Source of the DNA: Oligoflexales bacterium
GTDB taxonomy: Bacteria > Bdellovibrionota_B > Oligoflexia > Oligoflexales > CAIYRB01
Length of the DNA: 64,000 bases
Reading direction: 5' to 3'
Assembly (NCBI GenBank): GCA_041736175.1
Contig: JBGSUI010000191.1
Location: 62,714-126,713, forward strand
This document shows positions 54,147-64,000 of the stretch, one piece after another; the stretch's first letter is position 1, and every line of letters begins with the position of its first letter. Made by a program: the position numbers and the translations under genes. The notes under the pieces were generated by a model that searched no databases, was not told the origin of the DNA, and worked only from the letters and a program-made list of their open reading frames with translations.

Positions 54147-57100
54147 ATGAACAAAACCATCACCAATATTCTAAAGATTGTCGCCATTGCCAGTATGATG
54201 GCGTTTGTGGCAAACCTGTTGGTGGATAACCCCTACTCCCATCGCCTGATTCGCACCCAATTAAATCGTCTCCTCGAAGAACACACAGAAATCTCCTTGG
54301 AGTTTAGTGCGCTCAAACTCAGTGTCATCCCCCCAGGTATGACGCTCTATGCGGTCAAAGTCACTCCGAGAGCCGATCCCAGTTTTCAGTGGCTCTCTGC
54401 ATCTAAGATCAGGGCTGATGTTTCCCTCTGGGCGGCGATCCTTGGGGATTTTAGGCTGAGTTTGGTGGAGAGTTCCCAATTAACGGTTGTTTGGCCTATG
54501 CCCTTTGAATTTCCCGGCTTTCTCAAAGAAGATCCTCTTGATGGTCCAAAAGTTTCTGAGGAAAAGATCCCTCACCCTGCAGCGGGTATGGAGGAAAGTC
54601 TGTTAAAGTGGCCCCCTGCCTTTGACTTGCCTATCGATCGGATTCTCCTTGCTAACGCTAATTTTAGCCTTGATCTACCCATAGAGGAAGAAATACCTGC
54701 TCCCTTGGAGACGCTCTACCTCACGGCCAGCGGGGTGGACTTAGACCTCCGTTATCATGGGTGGGACAGCCTTAAAGCCGACCTGTCAGTCAACTCCTTT
54801 GATCTCGCCATGGATTCCAATTTGATCGTCGATGATACGGGGATTTCCACTCACCTTGAGTCCCTGGGGACCAAGGAAATCACATTGCAAAACCTCAAGG
54901 CCCAGGGGCCGCGGATCGATGTGGATGGGACAGGCTCTATAGAGCTAAAGCTCGTTGGTGATGTCGTGACGGAGCTGATCACTAAAGTGAAGGGAGACAT
55001 AAAAAAGGGTGACCTGTCGATCCTTGGTTCCTTTCTTGAGTTGGGAAATACCCATGGGCTTTTGGTGGGTGAGTCAGAGGTGGAAGTCACCGTCCCATTG
55101 GAGGGGCCGGAGAGCGCAACCACTGAATTTAAGGTAAAAGGGCAGGGCCAACTGACCGACGGCTACATCGATGGTTTTCGACTTTTCGACAGTGCCACTG
55201 CCTTTGAGGTGGACTCCTCAGCGTTGACCTTGTCCCATCTCAGGCTCATCATCGGTGGGGTCGAATACGGTCAAGGGGCTGGGACGTTGTCTTTTCAAAA
55301 TGATATGCCCTTTAGCTTTAAAACCAAACTCCAAGGCGCGCGGATGTGGGATCTCCTCGATGCGGTCGGCGTGAGTTTTAGGGTCGTGGATATGGCCGTG
55401 CAAAGCCCCGAACTCACCATCGAAGGGACCGCATCACCTTTTGTCCTCAAAGCCCACGGTAAAGCAGGGACGAGCGATATCATTCTCCCAGAGACTCCCT
55501 ATGACCATGGGCGGTATCCGGTGAGTCCCCATTGCCGCTTAAACCTCAATCTGAAAGTCGACCAGGAGCAGTTGGTCACCAATGGGACGGAAGGGATTTG
55601 CTATCAGCCAAGGGCGCTGACCCCCGAAGTGCTTGGGGATGGAGACTTGTTGGCTCCCTCCGGTGCCACCCATATTTCCGAAGTGAAGGTGGAGGGGAAT
55701 GTCCATTTTACGACAGGTCTTGATCTCAAAATAGAAACCCCTAAACTTGAGCTTGGTGTGGCCCAATACTTTTCCCAGGTCCCCCTTGCAGGGCTGGCTA
55801 AAACCACAACCAAGATCACAGGGCCTTTTGAAACCGTGGTGATCAAGACTGATTTAGCCGGTGACCAAGTAGAAGTGATGGGGATGCCCCTTGGAAAGGT
55901 GCAAGGTTCGACAGAAGTCGTAGACCAAAAAATCACCTTACAGGACTTTAAGTCCAAACTCACCGATGGGGGGGAGATCCATATTCCAAAGGCAACCCTG
56001 CTTCTCAATCCCCAAAAAACCTTGTCTCTTAAACTTTCTCTTGACCAGGTATCGAGCCGCTCGTCCCAGCGGATTCTAAAGGCGTTGGTGCCTTCGGTCC
56101 CGATCCAATTTGCGGCTCATCGAGTCAGAATGACCTATGAAGCTCCACTTTTTGAGCCCTTTGCTGCCCTTGGTACCCTCGATTTAGACTTAGGAAGGGT
56201 GCAGTATGGGGACGAAATCCTAGCCGATCGGGTACAAGGTTATTTGACTGTAGATCCTAAACGAATTTCCAGCACAAACCTACGGGTCGAAAAGGGTAGC
56301 CTCCTTGCCCAAGGCAAAGTGGAGATCGCCAGAAGTCTTCCAGGGACTAAGCCAGGGCCCACCCAAATCCTGCCGACTCCCCTTAAGGTCCCCTTTGCAG
56401 TGCCAGGGGAGACGATGGTTCCTAAAGATCTCGATGACTGGGGACTGGGTCTCCTGGAAGGATATTCGGTTGAGGTCCAGGTGGATGAAAAAAACCCACT
56501 GACACCCGGTGGACTCCAGTCGCTCCCTTTTATGGGGGACGCCCTCCAAAAAGCCAAAGTCAACGGGGGTCTCACTTTCTCCGGCAAGATCAGTGGCGGA
56601 GTGCAAGGGGGGCCCATGGGGGCTTTTGGTCTTGATATCCTCGAACCTAAGGTTTTTGGCAACGAACTCCCTGGATTTAAGATTAAAGGTTTTGTTAAAG
56701 AGGAAAAGGCAGAGCTTACTTTTAACCACAGCGGTCAGGTTTTAGAGGGAAGATTTTCTGTTGATTTTAGTAAGCAAACTTTGCCTTACCAGATGTATAT
56801 GGACCTGGATAAGTTTGATCTGAGGTTTTTGGTAGGTGAGTTTTTTGCTGCAGATCCACGAAATTACGCCTATCTCACAGGAGAGGTCAATCTCAAAGGC
56901 AGTCTGACCAACTTTTTAAACTCAACTGGCCGCATGAGACTCGAAGATACTCGGATCAATTTTGTACGGGATGTGGGTGCCACGACTAAAAATATTATGT
57001 TGAGGCAGGAGGCTCCGGTAGCACTCCTGCTTGAGAAAAACCAATGGGTTTTTGAGGGTGACAAAACTCTCTTTCTCACAGGAGATAAGATGCAGGTTAG

Positions 57101-58517
57101 GGTCGGTATGGGCCCTAACCAGCCTCCCGAAAACCTAAATATAATCGTCGACGCCCTAGCTGATATGGGTTTGGCGCGAGAGTTTTTTCAAGGCGTCGAT
57201 ACTGCCGAGGGCCAAGTTAAAGCTGGGATCAAAGTCACGGGACCCTTAATCGATCCCCAGGTAAGACTCGACGTGAGCAACGCGGAATCGACTCCCTTTA
57301 ATGCTGGAAGCTGGCGTCCGGTGACACTGGGCCTAGCCGATCTACGTCCCGCTTTTCGTAATATAGAGTTTGATGCCTACTACCAAGACGGTCAGCTCGT
57401 GATTCAATCCTTTAGGTCTGACAAGGGCGGGGGGCAGGTGGCAGCCCAGGGGCGGCTAGCCCTTGAGGAAAATCAAGACCAGCTCTCACGGTTAGGGATT
57501 TCCTTTAACAATGCCACCATAGTTTATCCAGTGGCTTTTCTAAAGAGTTTCGAAACCCAGCTCACTGGAGACTTGGTGATTTCGGGTAAAGGCTTGCCTT
57601 ATAGCGTCGAAGGGAATCTAAAGATTGTAAGGGCTAGGTCTACGAAAGAGGTTGATATCCGCGAGGAGATCATCAACGCCCTGCGGCAAAAATCATTTTC
57701 AACGGTGGTTTCCTCGGATCAGCCCAACCTCAATCTAAACATTAAGGTGACCGCCGACCAATCCATCGCCGTCAACAATCGCAACCTACAGAGTGTCCTC
57801 TCTGCTGACCTCCAAATCAGTGGCACCGATCTATCTCCCGTTGTGAGAGGGCAAATCGATGTCAATAAAGGAAAGTTTATATATAAGCGGGATTTCCAGA
57901 TCTTAAGAGGTGGCATCAGCTTTGATGACCCTGTAAAGCCGGATCCTAACCTAGATATCGTTGCGGTTTCGGATGTGGATAGCTACCGGGTCTTTATCAC
58001 CATAAGCGGTCGTGCATCGAATCCTTCTGTAGAGTTTTCCATCGACCCGCCCACTCGGGAGACGGGGACTCAGATCAGCAAGCTTGAGATTCTAGTCCTC
58101 TTATCTAGGGGGAAGCTACCCAACGAATCTCGCTCGATTGGGGGTGAAACGGAAAAAGCCGCGGCTTCAGAAGCTGCAAACCTTATCCTTGGCCAATTCG
58201 AAGAGCCCGTAGAAAAGCTTTTTGATCTCTCTGGTCAAAAGGTCCTAAGGAGTCCTTATTTTGATACCCATCCATCGCCCGAGGGCAATCCTGTGCCTCG
58301 GATCAATGTTCCCCTCGACCTAGGGGAAAACTTTGATATAGTGGTGCGAGGTGATGGTAAAAATGGCGAAATCGTAGCAGAATACAATGTACACAGCAAT
58401 ATCACACTCAATGGAGTGGTAGAACGTGGCCAAACGGAAGACCAACCAGCAAGCCAAGGCCCCAAAGTTGATGGCGATGCAAAGGTTAACTTAAAATTTA
58501 AATTTTCCTTTGAATGA
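54147..58517 (+). CDS. tamB: TamB/AsmA-like translocation and assembly module protein
   Basis: N-terminal anchor, 1456 aa of beta-taco-like sequence, DUF490-like C-terminus (DPNLDIVA, I.GRASNP, EILVLL..G), terminal FKFSFE. Confidence 0.88.
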   Translation: MNKTITNILKIVAIASMMAFVANLLVDNPYSHRLIRTQLNRLLEEHTEISLEFSALKLSVIPPGMTLYAVKVTPRADPSFQWLSASKIRADVSLWAAILGDFRLSLVESSQLTVVWPMPFEFPGFLKEDPLDGPKVSEEKIPHPAAGMEESLLKWPPAFDLPIDRILLANANFSLDLPIEEEIPAPLETLYLTASGVDLDLRYHGWDSLKADLSVNSFDLAMDSNLIVDDTGISTHLESLGTKEITLQNLKAQGPRIDVDGTGSIELKLVGDVVTELITKVKGDIKKGDLSILGSFLELGNTHGLLVGESEVEVTVPLEGPESATTEFKVKGQGQLTDGYIDGFRLFDSATAFEVDSSALTLSHLRLIIGGVEYGQGAGTLSFQNDMPFSFKTKLQGARMWDLLDAVGVSFRVVDMAVQSPELTIEGTASPFVLKAHGKAGTSDIILPETPYDHGRYPVSPHCRLNLNLKVDQEQLVTNGTEGICYQPRALTPEVLGDGDLLAPSGATHISEVKVEGNVHFTTGLDLKIETPKLELGVAQYFSQVPLAGLAKTTTKITGPFETVVIKTDLAGDQVEVMGMPLGKVQGSTEVVDQKITLQDFKSKLTDGGEIHIPKATLLLNPQKTLSLKLSLDQVSSRSSQRILKALVPSVPIQFAAHRVRMTYEAPLFEPFAALGTLDLDLGRVQYGDEILADRVQGYLTVDPKRISSTNLRVEKGSLLAQGKVEIARSLPGTKPGPTQILPTPLKVPFAVPGETMVPKDLDDWGLGLLEGYSVEVQVDEKNPLTPGGLQSLPFMGDALQKAKVNGGLTFSGKISGGVQGGPMGAFGLDILEPKVFGNELPGFKIKGFVKEEKAELTFNHSGQVLEGRFSVDFSKQTLPYQMYMDLDKFDLRFLVGEFFAADPRNYAYLTGEVNLKGSLTNFLNSTGRMRLEDTRINFVRDVGATTKNIMLRQEAPVALLLEKNQWVFEGDKTLFLTGDKMQVRVGMGPNQPPENLNIIVDALADMGLAREFFQGVDTAEGQVKAGIKVTGPLIDPQVRLDVSNAESTPFNAGSWRPVTLGLADLRPAFRNIEFDAYYQDGQLVIQSFRSDKGGGQVAAQGRLALEENQDQLSRLGISFNNATIVYPVAFLKSFETQLTGDLVISGKGLPYSVEGNLKIVRARSTKEVDIREEIINALRQKSFSTVVSSDQPNLNLNIKVTADQSIAVNNRNLQSVLSADLQISGTDLSPVVRGQIDVNKGKFIYKRDFQILRGGISFDDPVKPDPNLDIVAVSDVDSYRVFITISGRASNPSVEFSIDPPTRETGTQISKLEILVLLSRGKLPNESRSIGGETEKAAASEAANLILGQFEEPVEKLFDLSGQKVLRSPYFDTHPSPEGNPVPRINVPLDLGENFDIVVRGDGKNGEIVAEYNVHSNITLNGVVERGQTEDQPASQGPKVDGDAKVNLKFKFSFE

Positions 58518-58523
58518 TTTTGA

Positions 58524-61500
58524 ATGATACCTATGAAACTTGTCTTTCTCACAGTGTGGCTAGCTTTTTTTTTCGGGCTTGAAACGAAAGTTTATGGCTT
58601 TGCTCAAAATCATTGGGTGGTCGACGAACAACTTTCCTTTAGCCCCAATTTAATAAAGGCTCTCAAACAAAAATATCCTCTCATCAAATCCAATCAGAAT
58701 CTCACCCTGATCCTCCAATCACTCGCCCAAAACCAACCCCTTTCAGAACTCTACGCGGTCTTTGATCCGCCGTCTTCTGTCTGGAAAATCATGGGCACCA
58801 AGGCCAGACTGGTCAAGGACATCGAAATCCACTCCCGTGCCCGTTTGATTCGGCAGCCCCTTTATGCCACCCTCCAAAACGATATCGGACTGGTAGATTC
58901 CGAGGAAACCAAAGCTAGAGTCCACCAAGCGGCGATCAAACACCTCCAACGTAAAGGGTACCGGGAGGCAGGGGTCAGAGTCGTCACAGAACCTGATGGA
59001 GATGGAGTCCTCTACAATATCTATGTAGACGAGGGGGATCCTTGTATCCTTAAACGGATCGATATTGGCTTTGTGGTCCCCCGCGATATCTCCCTAGATC
59101 TCGAAGTAGGTGATGTCTGTGATATGGAAGAGATAGAAAGGTCTGTGGAAGACTTTGAAGCTTCGCTCAAAGACCTTGGCTATACCCAGCTCAAACTTCG
59201 CATGGACGCCCTTAAATACGATCCAGACCGCGACGCAGCCACCTTGACGATCAACGGAACTTTAGGACAGCGGATCCGCTATGAAATCGTCGACGAAAAC
59301 AAACTTTTCCTGATTGATGACCTGTTTGCAGATGAGGAACTTACCCGGGTCGATCCAACCATTATCGGGCCTGACGCAATGGCTGCAGAGCTGGCAAGAC
59401 GCTATCGCCAGCGTGGGTTTTTAGATGCGGTGGTAACAGGTCCCACCGTTAAGCAAGAAAAACAAGATCTGTTTGTCTACCTTTTTAAAGTCAACCCTGG
59501 TCGTCAATACTTTATCAAAGAAGTCAAATTTGAAGGTGTGAGTGTCTTTAAAGAGGACGAGCTTAATGATATCTTGGGGCTTAAAAGTTTTTGGCAAACA
59601 TCTATACCTGCCAACCTTGAAGATGTCCAACAGGGAATCACAGCTCTCAAGGGGCGGTACCAACAACTTGGATATTGGGAGACCAAGATCCGCGACCCAG
59701 GGATGGGGCAAAGGGACAAGGAGACAGGATCTGTCAGAATCCTTATCCAAGTGGAAGAAGGGCGGCAGGTTAAGTTAGAAAAGATTACGGTCAGTGGCCA
59801 AAAGCGGGTTTCCCAAGAAGAAATCATCGGAGTCCTCGATGCGGATCCTGGAGAACCTCTAGATCGGGCGCAACTGCTTAATTGGCAGCAAGCTGTAAAG
59901 TCCCTTTATGTGAGCAAAGGGTACCTTTATGCCGATGCAGATCTTAAACTCACCACGACCAGTAACCGAAAAACAGTCTTCCTGACGATTGAAGTCAAGG
60001 TTAACGAAGGTCCCCTCGTTTATGTAGGCCAAGTTTCCGTAAAGGGTTTAGCTAAGACTCTCGAAAAAGTGGTTCGTAGAGAACTCTTGTTTCATGAAGG
60101 TGACTGGTATAACCCCCAAGTTATCAGCAAGTCCCGGCAGAATCTGTCGTCTTTAGGTATCTTTAGATCCGTCCAGATCGTTCCTGTAGATCGCGGCGCC
60201 TTCGACCAGAAACAGCCTGTGATCGACCTAGTGGTCGAAGTGCAAGAGACCAAGGCTGGTGTCGTGGCGTTTGGTCCCGGATGGAGTCTTAATAAGGGCT
60301 GGAATTATGGGGCAGAAGCCAGCTATTCCAATATCGGGGGGGAGGGTCGACTTGCATCGATCAGGGGGTCCTTTAGCGAGGAAAAAGACCAATACGCGAT
60401 CGGCAATAAAACTCTAGTGGGGAGAAAGATCGGTGCGGGATATACGGAGCCCTATCTCCTCGATAAGCCTATCGATGTGCGGACCAAGGCCCACCAAAAA
60501 GCAGAATGGAGCGGCGAGCTTTGGGGGATTCGATTTGGAGGCGAAGTCGAGTTTGTCCATAAACTACGCGAGATCGTCGACCCAGCCCAAGTTTCGATTT
60601 TTTATTCCCAAGAAATCGCCAGGACCGAAGGCCGGTCCATCAAGGAAGACCAACTCCTTGCATCCAATGTTAGGATTGGGTCTGTGGGATTGCGACTTAA
60701 CTATGATCATCGCGACCAACCCACGTTTCCTCTGCGGGGATTTCTTTTTGACCAAGAGTTTGCCTGGGCCCGTTACGAACTAGGGGGAGACCTCCGCTAC
60801 TTTAGGTGGGATACAAATTTTGCCAATTATTTTGCCATAACCGATCAGCTTGTCCTGGCCTTAGGCATCGGCGTACAGTCTTACGATAGTGTGGGGCGCA
60901 AGGGCGAGGCCCTGGATGTGCTGCCGCCTTCCGAAAGGTTATTTTCAGGAGGTTCAGAGACCGTACGAGGCTATGAGTCGCGCTCGCTGGGTCCTGTCGT
61001 TAAAAGTCCTGTTTATGTTTACAACAAACTCACGGGGACCTGTGATGTGAATACGACTTACTCTACACTTTTTGGCTCGACAAGAACGACCCTTAAGGTA
61101 GAACTACGCCGTAAGATCACCGATGATATCGCCATCACGGCCTTTTCAGATAACGGCAACGTTTTTTTGTCGGGAGAGCAGCTTAACCAGTTTTCAAAAG
61201 CCTATGAAGAGCCGGTTGCAGTACCTGAAAATGTACCCGACGATGCTGCCTGCCGGGCTTTGGGGCTGACCAACCAGGTACAAGAAAATTTTCCCTACAG
61301 GCTCAGCGATCTCTTGACCAATCCCCGGACGATTATGAATAAACACTTTTTTTCCTATGGAGCTGCTCTGAGTTGGCTCCTCCCGGTCGGCTCCCTCAAC
61401 CTATCCTATGGGCTGCCGTGGAAACAGCCTAGGGATGCTCTGTGTTCTGCCGAAGGTTCCCAGTGCCTTGTCCGTCATAAACGGACGGGACACTGGATCA

Positions 61501-61541
61501 CCCGTGGTGAGTGGTATCTTAATGTGGGTGCGCGGTTTTAA
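58524..61541 (+). CDS. tamA: Omp85 (TamA/BamA family) outer-membrane protein with multiple POTRA domains
   Basis: Repeated Y...GY/V.EG POTRA motifs, GGSETVRGY loop, terminal YLNVGARF beta-signal; adjacent to tamB. Confidence 0.88.
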   Translation: MIPMKLVFLTVWLAFFFGLETKVYGFAQNHWVVDEQLSFSPNLIKALKQKYPLIKSNQNLTLILQSLAQNQPLSELYAVFDPPSSVWKIMGTKARLVKDIEIHSRARLIRQPLYATLQNDIGLVDSEETKARVHQAAIKHLQRKGYREAGVRVVTEPDGDGVLYNIYVDEGDPCILKRIDIGFVVPRDISLDLEVGDVCDMEEIERSVEDFEASLKDLGYTQLKLRMDALKYDPDRDAATLTINGTLGQRIRYEIVDENKLFLIDDLFADEELTRVDPTIIGPDAMAAELARRYRQRGFLDAVVTGPTVKQEKQDLFVYLFKVNPGRQYFIKEVKFEGVSVFKEDELNDILGLKSFWQTSIPANLEDVQQGITALKGRYQQLGYWETKIRDPGMGQRDKETGSVRILIQVEEGRQVKLEKITVSGQKRVSQEEIIGVLDADPGEPLDRAQLLNWQQAVKSLYVSKGYLYADADLKLTTTSNRKTVFLTIEVKVNEGPLVYVGQVSVKGLAKTLEKVVRRELLFHEGDWYNPQVISKSRQNLSSLGIFRSVQIVPVDRGAFDQKQPVIDLVVEVQETKAGVVAFGPGWSLNKGWNYGAEASYSNIGGEGRLASIRGSFSEEKDQYAIGNKTLVGRKIGAGYTEPYLLDKPIDVRTKAHQKAEWSGELWGIRFGGEVEFVHKLREIVDPAQVSIFYSQEIARTEGRSIKEDQLLASNVRIGSVGLRLNYDHRDQPTFPLRGFLFDQEFAWARYELGGDLRYFRWDTNFANYFAITDQLVLALGIGVQSYDSVGRKGEALDVLPPSERLFSGGSETVRGYESRSLGPVVKSPVYVYNKLTGTCDVNTTYSTLFGSTRTTLKVELRRKITDDIAITAFSDNGNVFLSGEQLNQFSKAYEEPVAVPENVPDDAACRALGLTNQVQENFPYRLSDLLTNPRTIMNKHFFSYGAALSWLLPVGSLNLSYGLPWKQPRDALCSAEGSQCLVRHKRTGHWITRGEWYLNVGARF

Positions 61542-61654
61542 GGTCGTGAAACCTGCCACCGGGCTTTGCACCGATTTTGTGGATTTGCTAGTACCTCTGA
61601 GGTTAGTGACCTTGTCCGTTTAACAAGATGCATCCGTCATAAGAAAGGCTTGCT

Positions 61655-63781
61655 GTGAGACTCAATACTTGGATGAGGTTTATGCTGCTTATGGTTCTTA
61701 TCAACCCACCCTCCTTAGAAGGAAAACCAGAGATGACTTGGGATCAGGAGGATGAGGATTATCAATGGCTCGAAGAAGTGGAAGGTGCCAAAGCCTTAGA
61801 CTGGGTGCGGCAGCAGAATACCCGCAGCCTCGGTGATCTACATGCTGCACCTGATTTCAAACGATTTAAGTCCGAAGCTCTTAACATATTAGAAGCAAAA
61901 GATAAGATTCCTGAAGGCACCATTCTCGGTGAGTCCGTTTATAGTTTCTGGCAGGATGGGGATCACGTCAGGGGAGTTTGGCGTCGAACATCTTGGGATC
62001 ACTACTCGTCTGGTACCTTCGACTGGGAAGACGTCCTCGATATCGATGCTTTAGCAAAGGCTGAAGGCAAGTCCTACGTGTTTGGTGGGGCGAGTTGCCT
62101 GCGACCCCACTACAAAAGGTGCCTTGTGACCCTCTCCGAAGGAGGTAGCGATGCCGCCGAAGTCCGTGAATTCGATCTGGTAGGGAAGTCCTTTGTCCCT
62201 GATGGATTTAATGTGGCCGCGAGCAAATCCCGTCTGATTTGGCTAGATGACAAAACTCTGTTGATCGCCGATGCTACAGACAGCGCGCCAAAAACTGATG
62301 CTGGCTACCCTATGCATGTCAAGTTATGGCAACGAGGAACCCCCTTAGCCGGCGCTCCTGTTATCTTTAGCGGCAAGAAGACCGATGTTTCGGTGAGTAG
62401 CTTAGTCTTTCATGATCAGGGAAACGACTTTGTCTTTATGGTAAGAGGCGATACCTTTTTCAGCGCTGAGGTGCATTTTTATAAAGACGGCAAGACCACA
62501 CGCATCCCACTGCCTAGCGATGTCGATATTAAAGGCCTGTTCCAAGGAGACCTGCTCTTTACCAACCGAACGACTTTAGCAGGATTCAAACCAGGGTCTC
62601 TACTCGCAGCCTCCCTGAACGCACTACTGCTAGGAAAAACCCCGATCGAACTCGTCTATGCACCCACTCCGACCCAGGCCCTTGATGGAGTGGCTCTAGG
62701 CAAAGACTTTGTCTACCTACGCTTGCTCGACAATGTCCGCAATAAGGTGCTGCGTCTTGAAAAGGTGGCTTCGCAATGGTCCGCAAAACCATTGCCTTTG
62801 GAGGAGCAAGGGACTCTGAATTTTCGCTCGATCGACAGCGACAGCAATCGCTTACTGGTCGGCTATGAGGATTTCCTCACGCCGACAAGGCTCTATGCAC
62901 TCAATGGCAGCACCATGACAAAGCGACTCGTGACCAGGCAACCAGAGCGATTTGATAGCACTGGACTGGTCGTCCGACAAGAGTTTACAAGGAGCAGTGA
63001 CGGCGAGAATATCCCGTACTTCATGGTGCATCGCAGCGATCTTGTTTTTAATGGCCAAAATCCTACCTTGCTTTATGGCTACGGCGGCTTTGAACTCTCG
63101 ATGCAGCCTAGCTACTTGAGTGTCGCAGGTAAGCTTTGGTTGGAACGGGGCGGCGTCTATGTCTTGGCGAATATACGGGGCGGTGGTGAATTTGGACCGC
63201 CATGGCACCAAGCGGCACTAAAGGAAAAACGCCAGCTTGCTTTCGATGACTTCGTTGCTGTTGCCCAGGATTTGATCCTTAAAAAACTCACCTCACCGCA
63301 GCATCTTGGCATCCAAGGCGGTAGCAATGGCGGTCTGCTCATGGGGGTTACCATGACGCAGCATCCTGAGCTTTTCCATGCAGTGATCTGTCAAGTGCCG
63401 TTACTGGATATGCTACGCTTCCATAAGCTCCTTGCTGGTGCGAGCTGGATAGCGGAGTATGGCAATCCTGATCTCCCTGATGAAGCTGCCTATATCAAAC
63501 GCTATTCACCTTTCCAAAATCTAAAGAAAGACCGGGTCTATCCCGAGGTGTTCTTTATGACGTCGACCAAAGATGATCGCGTCCATCCCGGACACGCGCG
63601 CAAGATGGCAGCTCGCATGGCTGATATGAAACACCCGTTTCTTTACTACGAAAATATCGAAGGTGGTCACAGTGCTAGCGCAAACCTTCAGCAGGTCGCC
63701 GAGCGGCAGGCTCTGAGTATGGTTTATCTTTGGCAAAGGTTAGGTGGCAAGAACAGTGAGCAAAGGTTTACAACGAGATGA
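61655..63781 (+). CDS. Prolyl oligopeptidase (S9A)
   Basis: YQWLEEV, LLYGYGGF, NIRGGGEFG, GGSNGG (Ser), DDRV (Asp), GGHS (His); possible signal peptide. Confidence 0.95.
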   Translation: MRLNTWMRFMLLMVLINPPSLEGKPEMTWDQEDEDYQWLEEVEGAKALDWVRQQNTRSLGDLHAAPDFKRFKSEALNILEAKDKIPEGTILGESVYSFWQDGDHVRGVWRRTSWDHYSSGTFDWEDVLDIDALAKAEGKSYVFGGASCLRPHYKRCLVTLSEGGSDAAEVREFDLVGKSFVPDGFNVAASKSRLIWLDDKTLLIADATDSAPKTDAGYPMHVKLWQRGTPLAGAPVIFSGKKTDVSVSSLVFHDQGNDFVFMVRGDTFFSAEVHFYKDGKTTRIPLPSDVDIKGLFQGDLLFTNRTTLAGFKPGSLLAASLNALLLGKTPIELVYAPTPTQALDGVALGKDFVYLRLLDNVRNKVLRLEKVASQWSAKPLPLEEQGTLNFRSIDSDSNRLLVGYEDFLTPTRLYALNGSTMTKRLVTRQPERFDSTGLVVRQEFTRSSDGENIPYFMVHRSDLVFNGQNPTLLYGYGGFELSMQPSYLSVAGKLWLERGGVYVLANIRGGGEFGPPWHQAALKEKRQLAFDDFVAVAQDLILKKLTSPQHLGIQGGSNGGLLMGVTMTQHPELFHAVICQVPLLDMLRFHKLLAGASWIAEYGNPDLPDEAAYIKRYSPFQNLKKDRVYPEVFFMTSTKDDRVHPGHARKMAARMADMKHPFLYYENIEGGHSASANLQQVAERQALSMVYLWQRLGGKNSEQRFTTR

Positions 63782-64000
63782 GGCTATAGCCAACTCCATC
63801 TGATATAAGTGGCTTTTCACGATCACATAACTACAAAAGAGTGGTGCTCTAAAATCATACCAATGCCGGGGCTTAGACAATTGTCAAAATAATGGTCAAT
63901 AAATTGCAAAATGTGGGCAAATTAAAAATAAAAAAATATTAATTTTTTCAAAAAAATCTTGAATTCAGTTGACTAAAAAAATAAACCCATCAAAAATTTT

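Overview
Gene-dense bacterial chromosomal window of mid GC content. The gene content (many orphan lipoproteins and small beta-barrels, an MshEN-like protein, a TPR/ExeA/TamB/TamA locus, FliA-like promoters) suggests a Bdellovibrionota/Oligoflexia-like or related deltaproteobacterial genome; this is inference, not a database result. Recognisable housekeeping genes: serA (5'-truncated), a lysine 6-aminotransferase-like class III aminotransferase, lspA, a Fur-family regulator, tatC, polA, gltA, yfgM/bamB-like genes, manC, a DASS transporter, tatD, macAB-tolC, tamB/tamA and a prolyl oligopeptidase. No rRNA, tRNA, CRISPR array, integrase or transposase was recognised. Most interesting observations: (1) two small secreted-peptide genes at 35.6-36.4 kb, one built from three T[WY]DxRF repeats and followed by a long structured hairpin; (2) a 1045-aa ORF that reads as a two-part protein: gluzincin metallopeptidase, internal Cys/Gly-Gly/TM/Arg-rich sorting-type signal, second signal-like segment, then an apparently inactive deacetylase-fold domain; (3) an operon of a roughly half-Asp/Glu protein and a Tsr3/TDD-like aminocarboxypropyltransferase with a four-tier G-quadruplex motif in its leader; (4) an islet with intact higA, broken higB and orphan lipoproteins, one HopA1-like; (5) a recurring sigma-28-like promoter motif upstream of non-flagellar envelope genes; (6) a receiver-TPR gene in the position recalled for sgmX/bd2492 in the ExeA-TamB-TamA locus. 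All family assignments come from motif recognition by eye.
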